Below are positions 8,874 through 17,859 of a stretch of DNA of 47,977 nt, in pieces. Below the pieces are notes generated by a model. It made no database searches and was not told the DNA's origin. It worked only from the letters and a program-made list of their open reading frames with translations. This DNA comes from an uncultured Methanosarcinales archaeon. GTDB lineage: Archaea > Nanobdellota > Nanobdellia > Woesearchaeales > JACPBV01. The stretch is from assembly GCA_964577685.1 (NCBI GenBank), contig CAZNZT010000001.1, positions 1-47,977 on the forward strand, read 5' to 3'. Every line of letters starts with the position of its first letter. The stretch's first letter is position 1. Made by a program: the position numbers and the translations under genes.

Positions 8874-10226
8874 ATGGTGATAATAATGGCAAAAAAAATA
8901 TCTGAAAAAGAAAGAAATAAGAAAAAAAAGAAAAGGAAAGGAAGAAAGATAATAAAAAAGATATCCGCTGTGGTTGTTCTTGTTGCATTATTGGCTGTGA
9001 TATTGTATTTTGCATTAAGGATAAGTCCAAAAGAGGAGACTGTTGCAGTAGTTAATGGGGAAAGCATAACAAAGAATGAGTTGAATAGAAGATATAATAT
9101 GCTCTCTGAGCAGTATAAGCTTTTTGTGACAAAAGATGCTTTTTTGGATAGAGTCATAGAAAGCAAACTCCTATTACAAGAAGCAAGGAGGAGAGGGATA
9201 GATGTTAGTAATGAAGAAGTGGAAAATGAAATAGATGAACTAAAAAAAAGAAGCACAGCAGAAGCCTTCAATGAGTTTTTAAACAAAAATAATTTAAGTT
9301 TAGAGGAATTGAAAGAGATGATAAAAGAACAATTGATAATAAATAAACTACTAAATCAAACAGTTTTCTCAAGGATAGATATAAGTAAATCCAAGATAGA
9401 AGATTACTACAGAAAGAATAAAGATTTGTTCCAAGCAAAAGAGGGTGAGATAAGGGTTAGGCATATACTTGTCCAGAGTGAAGAGGAAGCAAAAGAAATT
9501 CTAAGGGAGCTACAAAAAGGAGTCTCATTTGAGGAACTTGCAAAAACAAGGTCAATAGATATTGGCTCTGCAAAGAGAGGTGGTGATTTGGGTTTTATAA
9601 GAAGAGGGCAAACTGTAAAGGAGTTTGAGGATGCGGCATTTAGATTAAAGGTAAAACAAATATCTCCAATAGTAAAAACATCTTTTGGATACCATATAAT
9701 CAAGAGGGAGGCAGATATTATACCATTCAGCGAAGCAAAGGAGCAAATAAAGGAGATGCTTACAGAAGAAACATCAAATTTGGCTATTGAAACATATATA
9801 CAACAACTAAAAAGCAATGCAACGATAATCAAAGGCGAAGTAAAGGTTACGAATAAGATAGAAAGCTTTAAAAAAACAGATGATAACATATGCAAAGAAA
9901 ATGGAAAGCCTGTTATAAGGCTATTTTCAACATCAAAATGTGAACCGTGTAATTGGATTAAAGAAACATTTGATGGTCTTGCAAAAAAGTATGACAACAT
10001 AGTAGTCTATCATTGGCAACTTGATACCGGTGACAATTTGATTAGTGAAGAAAAAGAAAAGGCTATTCCAAAAAAAGAGATTGAAATATTTAAAAAGTAT
10101 AACCCAAAAAGCACTGTTCCTACTTATATTTTCGGTTGCAAGTTTGTTAGGATAGGTAATGCTTATGAAAGTTTAGAAGAAGAGCAGGCTGAGTTTGATA
10201 GAGTCATTGAAAAACTAATAAGCTAA
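8874..10226 (+). CDS. Membrane-anchored SurA/PrsA-like foldase: SurA-N + parvulin PPIase + C-terminal thioredoxin-like domain
   Basis: TM anchor, VAVVNGESIT, RHILV, SFEELAK, GGDLG, FGYHII. C-terminal CEPC and TVP (cis-Pro) motifs. Confidence 0.85.
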   Translation: MVIIMAKKISEKERNKKKKKRKGRKIIKKISAVVVLVALLAVILYFALRISPKEETVAVVNGESITKNELNRRYNMLSEQYKLFVTKDAFLDRVIESKLLLQEARRRGIDVSNEEVENEIDELKKRSTAEAFNEFLNKNNLSLEELKEMIKEQLIINKLLNQTVFSRIDISKSKIEDYYRKNKDLFQAKEGEIRVRHILVQSEEEAKEILRELQKGVSFEELAKTRSIDIGSAKRGGDLGFIRRGQTVKEFEDAAFRLKVKQISPIVKTSFGYHIIKREADIIPFSEAKEQIKEMLTEETSNLAIETYIQQLKSNATIIKGEVKVTNKIESFKKTDDNICKENGKPVIRLFSTSKCEPCNWIKETFDGLAKKYDNIVVYHWQLDTGDNLISEEKEKAIPKKEIEIFKKYNPKSTVPTYIFGCKFVRIGNAYESLEEEQAEFDRVIEKLIS

Positions 10227-10237
10227 GAAGATAAAAG

Positions 10238-11395
10238 ATGGGAGAGAAAGAGGAACAAAAAGAAAGGCTGGAACAAGAGTTAAGATTCCTAAAGGAGAGT
10301 CTAGATGCTGGAATTATTTCAAAAGAAGAATATGAGAAAGGTAGGAGTAGGGTAGAAAAAAAATTGAAAGAAATCGAAGAGGGGGTTGAGGAGGTAAAGA
10401 AAGAAGGGGTCGTAGAAGAGAAGGTTGAGGAAGAAGGAACGAGGGAAGAAACAAAAGAAGAAGTGGTCGTAGAAGAGGGAATGGAAGAAAAAAAAGAAGA
10501 GGAAAAAGAAGAAAAAACCGAAACTATAGAAAAACCAGTTGAAGAAAAAAAACCGAGCGTTTATTTTTCAAAAAAGAAGGTTTATTTTGTTGCTTTATTG
10601 GTAGCTATTGTAATCCTATTCTTTATTTTCAAGGGAGGGGATAATAAAGAAGCTGGAATAGAAAAAGGAATGGAATATAAGGAAAACATTGAAGCTCTTT
10701 CTGCCTCATGTTCATCTGATTCTGATTGCAAAGAAGAGGGCAAGATAGGAAAATGTATAAATCCAGGAACAAAGGAAGCAAGATGTGAGTTTAAAGACAT
10801 AGTAAGTTTTGGTGTTAGGATAATTAATGACGATAAATGTAAATTATGTGACAGTAGTTGGATGGAAGAAGTTATAATTAAGTTATTTCCTGGTGCTAGA
10901 ATAGAAAGGATAGAGTTAAATAAAGCTGGAGGGCTAATAAGGAAGTATGGGATAGAAGCCATTCCTGCATATATCTTTGATTCCGCTATAGAGAATGCTT
11001 CAAATTTTGATAACTTTAAAACAGCATTAAAAAAGAAGAAGGATGCTTATGTTTTATCTAGTAGTGCATCTAATTATTTCTTTAAGAGGAAAGAAATCAA
11101 AAACAGACTTGAATTATTTTATACTAGAGATGATGATGAAGAGAAGATAATGAAAAGTTTAAATGAGGTCTTGGATCTGTTTGGAGATAAAATAAATTTT
11201 ACAAGGAAAATTGTTACAAATAAAGAAAAAGAAAGGTTAAAAGAAACAAGGGGAATTACTGCTTATCCTTCATTCATAATAAATAATAGAGTAAAATTTA
11301 GTGGTTATCATTCCGCAGAAACAATTAAAGATAGGTTTTGCATGTATAACAAAATTAAAGAGTGTGATACTTCTTTGTCTATTGGCATAGGTTGA
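10238..11395 (+). CDS. Membrane protein: SHOCT-like N-terminus, Glu-rich linker, TM, Cys-rich and thioredoxin-like extracellular domains
   Basis: GIISKEEYE (SHOCT-like), acidic linker, TM helix, CSSDSDC..C..C, CKLC, and AIP/AYP cis-Pro-like motifs. Confidence 0.7.
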   Translation: MGEKEEQKERLEQELRFLKESLDAGIISKEEYEKGRSRVEKKLKEIEEGVEEVKKEGVVEEKVEEEGTREETKEEVVVEEGMEEKKEEEKEEKTETIEKPVEEKKPSVYFSKKKVYFVALLVAIVILFFIFKGGDNKEAGIEKGMEYKENIEALSASCSSDSDCKEEGKIGKCINPGTKEARCEFKDIVSFGVRIINDDKCKLCDSSWMEEVIIKLFPGARIERIELNKAGGLIRKYGIEAIPAYIFDSAIENASNFDNFKTALKKKKDAYVLSSSASNYFFKRKEIKNRLELFYTRDDDEEKIMKSLNEVLDLFGDKINFTRKIVTNKEKERLKETRGITAYPSFIINNRVKFSGYHSAETIKDRFCMYNKIKECDTSLSIGIG

Positions 11396-11424
11396 AGTAA
11401 GTTGGCTATTGGCTAAAGTACTGG

Positions 11425-12660
11425 CTAAAGGTTACTGTCTGTTAAGATACATACGTTTGTGTCAGTTCCTCTTATCCTTGAGTCCATTGCTACTATGAAG
11501 GTGACCTTTGCCTTTTCAGCTGTTTTAACAAGGTCTCTATCAATAACACCGTCCAAAACTATTGCATAGACTCCAGAAGTTAAGCTCTTTATTGTTGTCT
11601 GAAGTTCTGATACAGGGACTTTTCCAAGTACGTTAAGCTTATCGTCAAGTATATTTGCTCCTCTTGTTCCCACTAGGTTTTCCAGCATTTCCCTAAATCT
11701 CTTCTTTTCTGTTGGAGTTGGTGTTTTCTTCTGCATATTCCTAGTTGAAAATGTTCTTGGTGGCTGTCTCTGGAAATGGGTCTGTTTTTTTTCATATAAA
11801 AGAGGTTTTTCAATTCTTTCCGTATCTTTTTCCAATTCAAGTTTTATCTGCTCTGCTGAAACCCTGCCTCTTAAACATTTGTGTATCTCTTTTTTTGTTA
11901 TCTCTTCTACTTCTTTGCCAGCTGGAGCGACAGCAACATAATCTACTTCTGATGATGAGAAGAGTTCTTTTAGGATAAGTTTTCCTCCCCTATCCCCATC
12001 CACAAATGCAGTAATAACTTTTTTCTTGCTTAATTCAACTATTGTCTGAGGTACAGATGTTCCATTCATTGCTATAACATTTTTGAATCCATGCTTTAAT
12101 AAATTTAGAACATCAGCTCTGCCTTCAACTATAATAATCTCATCACTTTCATCTATCGCTGGTCCTGCCGGTAGTCTATCCTTACCATATTCCTGAATTT
12201 CCATAACCCTAACAGAATAAGCTACTTCATCTGCTATTTCTTGGGAATCTGGAATTACGGTTTCCATCATTCCTTTTAAGAGTTGCTTTGCTCTTTCAAT
12301 AACAAAGTTTCTCTTTGTAACTCTTACATCCTCTATTTTTTGAACCCTAATTTTTGCATTACATGGGCCTATTCTTTGAATAACCTCTAGAGCAGCTGCT
12401 ACTATTGATGTTTCTGCCTTATCCAAACTGGAAGGTATGATTATTGTGCCAGTCGTCTTTCCACTTCTTGTTTCCACATTTACCTCTATCCTTCCTATTC
12501 TGCCACTTCTCTGAAGCTCTCTTAGTTCCAGGTCTGCTCCTAGCAGGCCCTCTGTCTGACCAAATATTGCACCAATTACATCTGGCCTATCTACTACACC
12601 ATCTATCTCAATAGATGCGTGGATAATATACTTTGATGAAACTGGACTTATTTTTCCCAT
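11425..12660 (-). CDS. dnaG: Archaeal DnaG (TOPRIM; exosome-associated)
   Basis: [41 protein letters not shown] precedes ATG 12660. Confidence 0.93.
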   Translation of the reverse strand: MGKISPVSSKYIIHASIEIDGVVDRPDVIGAIFGQTEGLLGADLELRELQRSGRIGRIEVNVETRSGKTTGTIIIPSSLDKAETSIVAAALEVIQRIGPCNAKIRVQKIEDVRVTKRNFVIERAKQLLKGMMETVIPDSQEIADEVAYSVRVMEIQEYGKDRLPAGPAIDESDEIIIVEGRADVLNLLKHGFKNVIAMNGTSVPQTIVELSKKKVITAFVDGDRGGKLILKELFSSSEVDYVAVAPAGKEVEEITKKEIHKCLRGRVSAEQIKLELEKDTERIEKPLLYEKKQTHFQRQPPRTFSTRNMQKKTPTPTEKKRFREMLENLVGTRGANILDDKLNVLGKVPVSELQTTIKSLTSGVYAIVLDGVIDRDLVKTAEKAKVTFIVAMDSRIRGTDTNVCILTDSNL

Positions 12661-12718
12661 TTTATATCCCTCCATGAGTAATATAAATATAAGTTAAATA
12701 TAAGTTGATTCTATTGCT

Positions 12719-12814
12719 AAATAGAACAAGTCTAGTTCAAAATACCAGCTTTTATTGCTTTTTAGGCTTAATGGAGTAAATCTAATGAATATTAAAACTA
12801 AACCTGTTCTATTT
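12719..12814 (-). promoter_or_regulatory. Long stem-loop in the dnaG leader
   Basis: 19-nt arms 12796-12814 and 12719-12737 pair fully on the minus strand with two G-U pairs. Confidence 0.55.
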
Positions 12815-12847
12815 ATCCTTATTTTTTAATTTTTAAACTATAAATAT

Positions 12848-12927
12848 GATTGTAGCCCGCTACACTAACTCCCAAGCTCATTGCTTGCATTTAGCGTAAG
12901 CTCCATTGAGTACTCTCGTGGCGGGCT
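12848..12927 (-). ncRNA. Single-hairpin box H/ACA guide RNA with K-turn; predicted target is the 23S rRNA helix 69 loop
   Basis: Lower stem AGCCCGC/GCGGGCU followed directly by ACA-auc. Pocket strands GAGAGU and UAGU. Upper stem ACUC/GAGU. K-turn GGA-GCUU / AAGC-AAU-GA. The pocket top is 14 nt from ACA. Confidence 0.8.
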
Positions 12928-13045
12928 TCTTTAATCTTTATTTAATGCCTAATGTTAAGATTGATTTACTATTATTTAAAATTATGGTTTTTATAAGATT
13001 AGAAAAACTATAACAAAGAGGACAAGGAAGGTAGAAGTAACTCAA

Positions 13046-13771
13046 TTAGTCAGAACATATAATTATTTCCTCTATAGTGCGGCTTTCAATGGGTCCGATT
13101 AGGTCGCTGATTTGATAATTAGATGGTAATGGTTCCCCAGGCTGTAGTGCTATAGCATCTACTACTCCAATTGGTTCATTATTCTTTATTATAAAGGTGT
13201 AGGAGATTGGGTTTTTCCTGCTTTGAAATTTTATCAAAATTTGTGATGGCATAAACCCATGTATGCCTTGATGAACACAGTTTTTTACCCTTCCAATTAG
13301 CCTAAGGTCAGCAGATGCGTTTATTAATGCTAACAAGCCACCAGCGTCTGCGATAGACTCTTTAACAGGCTCAATAAATTCCCAATATTCATCAACTAAT
13401 CTTAAAGTTTCTTGTTCATTTCCATAACATAAAGAATCAAATAACATCTTAGCTCTTAAATCGTTTTCACTAGCATATTCTTTCGGTAAAAAATTAAATC
13501 TTAGACCAGATTCATTCAATCTTTCATAAAGTCTAGTTAGGTGACCTAGGAATTGTGCAGCATGAGCTTCCTCATGACCTTCTATGAATAGCCTAGTTTC
13601 GTATGGAAATGGCCTTGTTCCTATATCAACATAAAACAAGCCGTCTTTTAAATAAAATTCTGTATAGCCTCTATCATTACCAAAGTGTCCATCATCTACA
13701 TACCTCAGTCTTGTTCTTGGATGCAATTCCATAACCACTCCGATTCTTTCTAAGGTGGTTCTACTTTCCAT
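13046..13771 (-). CDS. Orphan protein with HExxH motif (possible zincin-like metallopeptidase)
   Basis: GHEEAH motif and a downstream E..AD. BRE-TATA (CCGAAAAG TTTAAATA) at about 13810-13795 places the start at ATG 13771. Confidence 0.65.
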   Translation of the reverse strand: MESRTTLERIGVVMELHPRTRLRYVDDGHFGNDRGYTEFYLKDGLFYVDIGTRPFPYETRLFIEGHEEAHAAQFLGHLTRLYERLNESGLRFNFLPKEYASENDLRAKMLFDSLCYGNEQETLRLVDEYWEFIEPVKESIADAGGLLALINASADLRLIGRVKNCVHQGIHGFMPSQILIKFQSRKNPISYTFIIKNNEPIGVVDAIALQPGEPLPSNYQISDLIGPIESRTIEEIIICSD

Positions 13772-13814
13772 AATAATAAAATAAGATTGCCTCATATTTA
13801 AACTTTTCGGTTAT

Positions 13815-13834
13815 TAACCACTATATAGTAGTTA
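13815..13834. promoter_or_regulatory. 20-bp near-perfect palindrome upstream of BRE/TATA (candidate transcription-factor site)
   Basis: TAACCACTAT-ATAGTAGTTA, one mismatch. Confidence 0.5.
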
Positions 13835-13923
13835 CAAAATAAATAAAGATAAAGGGTTGCAACAGAAAGCAATGTGTAAGGTATTTATTATTACCTGATG
13901 TTATAAGAAAAGAATAAACAAAA

Positions 13924-14382
13924 TCAAGGTTGATTGTCTTTTGTTTCCTGTGTTTCTTTTGTTGCCTTTTGTGGTTTATTATCCTTTTCCTGGTTGGTTT
14001 GTTTTTCCTTTTTTCTTTCTTTTTTGTCCTCTTTTTTATCTTCTTTTTCTTTCTCTTTTTCCTTCTTTTTGGATTCTTTTGATGTGGTTTTTGTTTCTCT
14101 TTTTTTCTTTCTCTTTCTTGGCCTTTCTGTTTTTTGTTTGGGTTTAGTTTCCCAAACAGGCAGATTTAATTTTTTAAACTGATTTTTTACTTCTTCATGA
14201 GATGCTCCCTTCTTTATTTCTATCTTTTTGCCTGTTGGTTCTAGATGGAGTATGTTGCATTTCCTCCTTCTTACATTTCCATCTATGAGAACATATTTAT
14301 CATTAAGAATATCTACTATGACAGCCTCTCTGCCTGCATCTCTTCCTGCTGTTTTTATGCAAATTCTTCCGATTTCTATCAT
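13924..14382 (-). CDS. rpl14e: 50S ribosomal protein L14e with Lys/Glu-rich tail
   Basis: IEIGRICIKTAGRDAG, VRRRKCNILHLEPT. Confidence 0.92.
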   Translation of the reverse strand: MIEIGRICIKTAGRDAGREAVIVDILNDKYVLIDGNVRRRKCNILHLEPTGKKIEIKKGASHEEVKNQFKKLNLPVWETKPKQKTERPRKRKKKRETKTTSKESKKKEKEKEKEDKKEDKKERKKEKQTNQEKDNKPQKATKETQETKDNQP

Positions 14383-14443
14383 GTTATCCACCTATCTCCT
14401 TTTTGCTATTCCTACTTAATTTTAAAATGGTGTTGCCAACCAT

Positions 14444-14716
14444 TTAGGAGATTAACCTTGCTTTACTAACAAATAACTCCCTCATGCACTTAGAGCAAAG
14501 AACACCACCATAAGGTCTTTCTGGTCTTTTCTTTGTTTTTGGCATATTTCTCATTTTATATGGCCTTTCCCTTGGGACGCCCTTAAGTTTAGCCCCACAT
14601 TTACCACATCTTGCAACTCTTGGTTTCCTATGTTTATAATGTACTGCTGTTCTTCCTCCAGGAGTCTTCACATAAACTCTTCTTAAAGACCTTGACCTTA
14701 ATCTTGGTTCTGGCAT
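14444..14716 (-). CDS. rpl34e: 50S ribosomal protein L34e
   Basis: KTPGGR, CGKC, RPERPYGGVLCSKC. Confidence 0.95.
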   Translation of the reverse strand: MPEPRLRSRSLRRVYVKTPGGRTAVHYKHRKPRVARCGKCGAKLKGVPRERPYKMRNMPKTKKRPERPYGGVLCSKCMRELFVSKARLIS

Positions 14717-14730
14717 TTTGTTTTGAGAAT

Positions 14731-15477
14731 TTAATATACTTTAAAAAGCTTTCTTAAAAATATGCTAAACACTAAAGACAGTATAATATAGGAGGCCAAC
14801 CAGCCAAGTTTTAATCCGAATATATTAATGACTTTCATCTTTTTATGGTCTATTTGTATCTGCTTTATTATGTTGTCATTTATTTTTTTTATAGGTGGTT
14901 TATATTCCTGCTTGTTTGTTATCAAAAGTTCTTTTTGGTATGTGTTGTTGTTTATCCTATATTCTAAGATATATGCCCCTTCCTCGCCTCTTAAAACCCA
15001 TTTTGCGATTCCTTCTGTTATTGTTTTGTTTCTTGGACCATCTATGGTTATGCCTTGTGGAACTATTAGTTCTACTGTTCCTTGCACCCCATTTTTAAAA
15101 ATAACAGTTGTAGTGAAATCTATATTTGGTCTTATTGGCTCATATGCCAAGTGACTATTCATCCAACCAAAAAGGAGAATAATAGGGATGAAGGTAAATA
15201 TTGTGGACCTGAGGGAATGGGACATATACTTCATATTCGTTGCCATTGCTTTTTTTTGTACTTCCATCATTCTTTTTGGGTCTTTTTTTAATTCCCTCAT
15301 TTCCTTTTGTAGTTCCTTCATCTCATCCTTTAATTCCTTCATGAGATTCTGGTCTGTGGTAAACTTATAGATTAGGGTTATTACTAAATTTATTATAAGG
15401 GCCATAATCCCGATTACTAGAACAACTGGAAACTTTAATAGCGGGTTAAAGATTGGATTAAGTATTGTCTCAAACAT
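14731..15477 (-). CDS. DUF106 / EMC3-TMCO1 (Oxa1-superfamily) membrane protein
   Basis: TM-coiled coil-TM, then GWL.SYI.S C-terminal TM. Canonical position downstream of secY. Confidence 0.85.
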   Translation of the reverse strand: MFETILNPIFNPLLKFPVVLVIGIMALIINLVITLIYKFTTDQNLMKELKDEMKELQKEMRELKKDPKRMMEVQKKAMATNMKYMSHSLRSTIFTFIPIILLFGWMNSHLAYEPIRPNIDFTTTVIFKNGVQGTVELIVPQGITIDGPRNKTITEGIAKWVLRGEEGAYILEYRINNNTYQKELLITNKQEYKPPIKKINDNIIKQIQIDHKKMKVINIFGLKLGWLASYIILSLVFSIFLRKLFKVY

Positions 15478-15481
15478 TCAT

Positions 15482-16891
15482 TTATCCTCCTATGAATTTT
15501 CTAAGTACTGGATACATGTCCATCATATGTTGTCTTGCTATCTCCTCATACAACCTATAAACAATCATGACTGTAAGAAGAATTCCTGTACCTCTAGATA
15601 GAGCTCCAGTAACATCTGCCATTGCAGCTAGAAACCCTACCGTAATTGCCCCCATTACTGTCAATGGCCAGATATATCTGTTTAGCAATCTTTCAAGGAC
15701 TCTCTCATCCCTTCTGAATCCTGGTATTTGTAAACCAGAAGCCATCATTTGCTTTGCTTGGCTTTTTGCATCCATGCCTGCTGTCTGAACCCAAAATATA
15801 GAGAATAAAACAGCTCCACCAATCATAAAAAGAGTATACACTAAGGTTTGTAATAACTGAGAAGATGTTAGTGAACCAGTAATTATATTATTTATAATAT
15901 TAGGACTCTGTAACCAATAAACGAACCCACCAGTAAGCTGTCCAGTTGTTTCGCTGAACCTAGCAAAAAAATTAGGACCAAACCAATTCTGGAGTAATCT
16001 GCCCCATAACTGCATATTCGCCATTAATGCCGCAACCAATATAACTGGGATGTTAGATGTATAAATAAAAGAAAGTGGCCATCTTACTCCATGACCTCTT
16101 ATTCTACCAAAGCTTAGAGGTATCTCAACCTTCATTGCTTGGGCATAAACTGCTATTGCAAAAACAAGTACGGTGGATATTATTGCTGTAATCTTGAGAG
16201 CTGCTGTTGTTGGGTCTCCAGCAGCAAGAGCCTGAAATAAGGAAGGTATTGCACCAACTGAGTAGGTCACTCCAGTAAGCCCTCCTGGACCAGGTAGCCA
16301 ATTGAATGCCCTAACAAAAATCTGTTGTGAAACACCGGCTGCTATAAATAAGCTAATACCAGAGCCAAAGCCCCACTTGCTTACTACCTCATCCATAAAC
16401 AAGATTAACAAACCACCTAAAATTAGTTGAAAAACAAGCAAAAGTTGAAGCTGAAAATACAAGGGAGTTCCTGTAAATTGTTCTGCTGGGGTTAGCCCTC
16501 CCATAAACACATATATTACTGCCTCAAATATTATAAAAAATATACTCAATAGTTTTTGAGTTCCCTGGAATGTCTTTTTTCCTTCTGGTGTAGTTAAATC
16601 AAATTTCAGTATTCCAGAGCCATTTAACAATTGTAGAACAATAGAACCTGTAACAATTGGACCTATACCTAAAGAGATTAATGAACCAAAATGAGCTGCA
16701 AGAATAATAGAAAGATACTCAAATCTCTGCAATGCGTTTTGTCCTAACCCAAACAAGGGCATTAAACCAAGAATAAAATACAAAACAAGAACTATGCCCG
16801 TCCACTTTAATTTCTCTTTAAATGAAAGTCTTTTTTGTGTTGGACCCGCAACTTCTGGTAGGTTGTTTATGATGGATTTCCATAAGGACAT
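15482..16891 (-). CDS. secY: Preprotein translocase SecY (Sec61 alpha)
   Basis: LGIGPIVT, DEVVSKWGFGSGISLFIA, YTSNIPVIL, QIPGFR, GTGILL. Confidence 0.97.
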   Translation of the reverse strand: MSLWKSIINNLPEVAGPTQKRLSFKEKLKWTGIVLVLYFILGLMPLFGLGQNALQRFEYLSIILAAHFGSLISLGIGPIVTGSIVLQLLNGSGILKFDLTTPEGKKTFQGTQKLLSIFFIIFEAVIYVFMGGLTPAEQFTGTPLYFQLQLLLVFQLILGGLLILFMDEVVSKWGFGSGISLFIAAGVSQQIFVRAFNWLPGPGGLTGVTYSVGAIPSLFQALAAGDPTTAALKITAIISTVLVFAIAVYAQAMKVEIPLSFGRIRGHGVRWPLSFIYTSNIPVILVAALMANMQLWGRLLQNWFGPNFFARFSETTGQLTGGFVYWLQSPNIINNIITGSLTSSQLLQTLVYTLFMIGGAVLFSIFWVQTAGMDAKSQAKQMMASGLQIPGFRRDERVLERLLNRYIWPLTVMGAITVGFLAAMADVTGALSRGTGILLTVMIVYRLYEEIARQHMMDMYPVLRKFIGG

Positions 16892-16937
16892 TTTTTAGTT
16901 TTTTATTGTTTTGTTTTTTGTTTTTATTCAGGTATTT

Positions 16938-17420
16938 TTAATCTTGTTGAGCTTCTCTAAGTTCTTTAGCTCCTTCTGTTGATTTTTTTAGAATAACATC
17001 ACCTCCCGCCCCCTTAACCTTCTCTATTGCTCTCCTTGAAGCATAATCCACATATATTTTTAGTTTGTTTTTAACTTTTCCATTACCTAAAAGTTTTTTA
17101 TAGCCTAGATTCCCAAGGTCAATCTTATAGAATTCTCCTTCTTTAACAATAAGCTTTTTTTCTAAAAATTCTTCAAGTTTCTCTTCAAGATAATCTAAAT
17201 TTACTGACTTTATTTTTTCTTTATTTTTTGGTTTAAAGCCTTTTTTACCAAAATATCTTTCTTTCCAGATTAGGGTTTTTATGGAATCTGCTCTCTTTCC
17301 AGAACCAGCCATACCCCTTCCACCTCTATTTCCAGCTCCCCTGTGCTTTTTCTTTGAACCCCAGCCATGGGTATGGCTTCCTCTTTTTCGTGTAGCCTTT
17401 TTTCTTATTCTCACTACCAT
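16938..17420 (-). CDS. rpl15: 50S ribosomal protein uL15
   Basis: RGSHTHGWG, RGAGNRGGRGMAG, KLLGNG. Confidence 0.95.
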   Translation of the reverse strand: MVVRIRKKATRKRGSHTHGWGSKKKHRGAGNRGGRGMAGSGKRADSIKTLIWKERYFGKKGFKPKNKEKIKSVNLDYLEEKLEEFLEKKLIVKEGEFYKIDLGNLGYKKLLGNGKVKNKLKIYVDYASRRAIEKVKGAGGDVILKKSTEGAKELREAQQD

Positions 17421-17421
17421 C

Positions 17422-17859
17422 TTAAATCATCCTTCTTATAAGATCATTAATTTTCTCTCCACGATATCCAAGGGCACCACCGGCCTTAAAAGATACTTTT
17501 ATCCCCTTTCTACCGAATCCTTTTTCGGGAGGACTCAGTCTAAAGAAGGGTTTTATCTTCTTTCCGTCTATTAACAGGAATCTCTTATTATATTTTATCT
17601 TGCCTTTCTTATCTTCTTCCCTCCCTTTGTATTCCTCGCCTCTCTTTTCTACCAATAATTTATAAGTATCATCATCAATCTCTCCATATGTTACATAGTC
17701 TTTTACCTTGTTTATCATTCCCATAATGCTAGGGTTAGCTGGAACTACAACGCAAAAGTTTTTTCTATAAAGTCTTAACAATTTTAAAGTATCTTTTATT
17801 TCTTTTCTAAGGTTTACATCTCCTCTAACCCTTATAATAGCTAACCTAGCTTTGTTCAT
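17422..17859 (-). CDS. rpl30: 50S ribosomal protein uL30 (archaeal long form)
   Basis: IIRVRG, KVKDYVTYGEI, FRLSPP, GALGYRG. Confidence 0.95.
   Translation of the reverse strand: MNKARLAIIRVRGDVNLRKEIKDTLKLLRLYRKNFCVVVPANPSIMGMINKVKDYVTYGEIDDDTYKLLVEKRGEEYKGREEDKKGKIKYNKRFLLIDGKKIKPFFRLSPPEKGFGRKGIKVSFKAGGALGYRGEKINDLIRRMI

Noticed and set aside
10370..10560. GAA-rich quasi-repeats, including GGTCGTAGAAGA twice
   Set aside because: They encode the Glu-rich linker of the CDS and are not an independent repeat element.
12685..12706. Tandem AAATATAAGTT x2 upstream of dnaG
   Set aside because: Only two AT-rich copies, with no spacers or cas genes. Not a CRISPR array and plausibly chance.
12848..12930. 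GC-rich element read as a tRNA or as a plus-strand terminator
   Set aside because: There is no T-loop or cloverleaf. One G-U pair favours the plus strand, but the ACA box, K-turn and rRNA-complementary pocket are all on the minus strand.
13815..13834. Palindrome as a dif site or ORB/origin element
   Set aside because: It lacks the 11-6-11 Xer arm layout and the ORB G-string, and no cdc6/orc1 is nearby.
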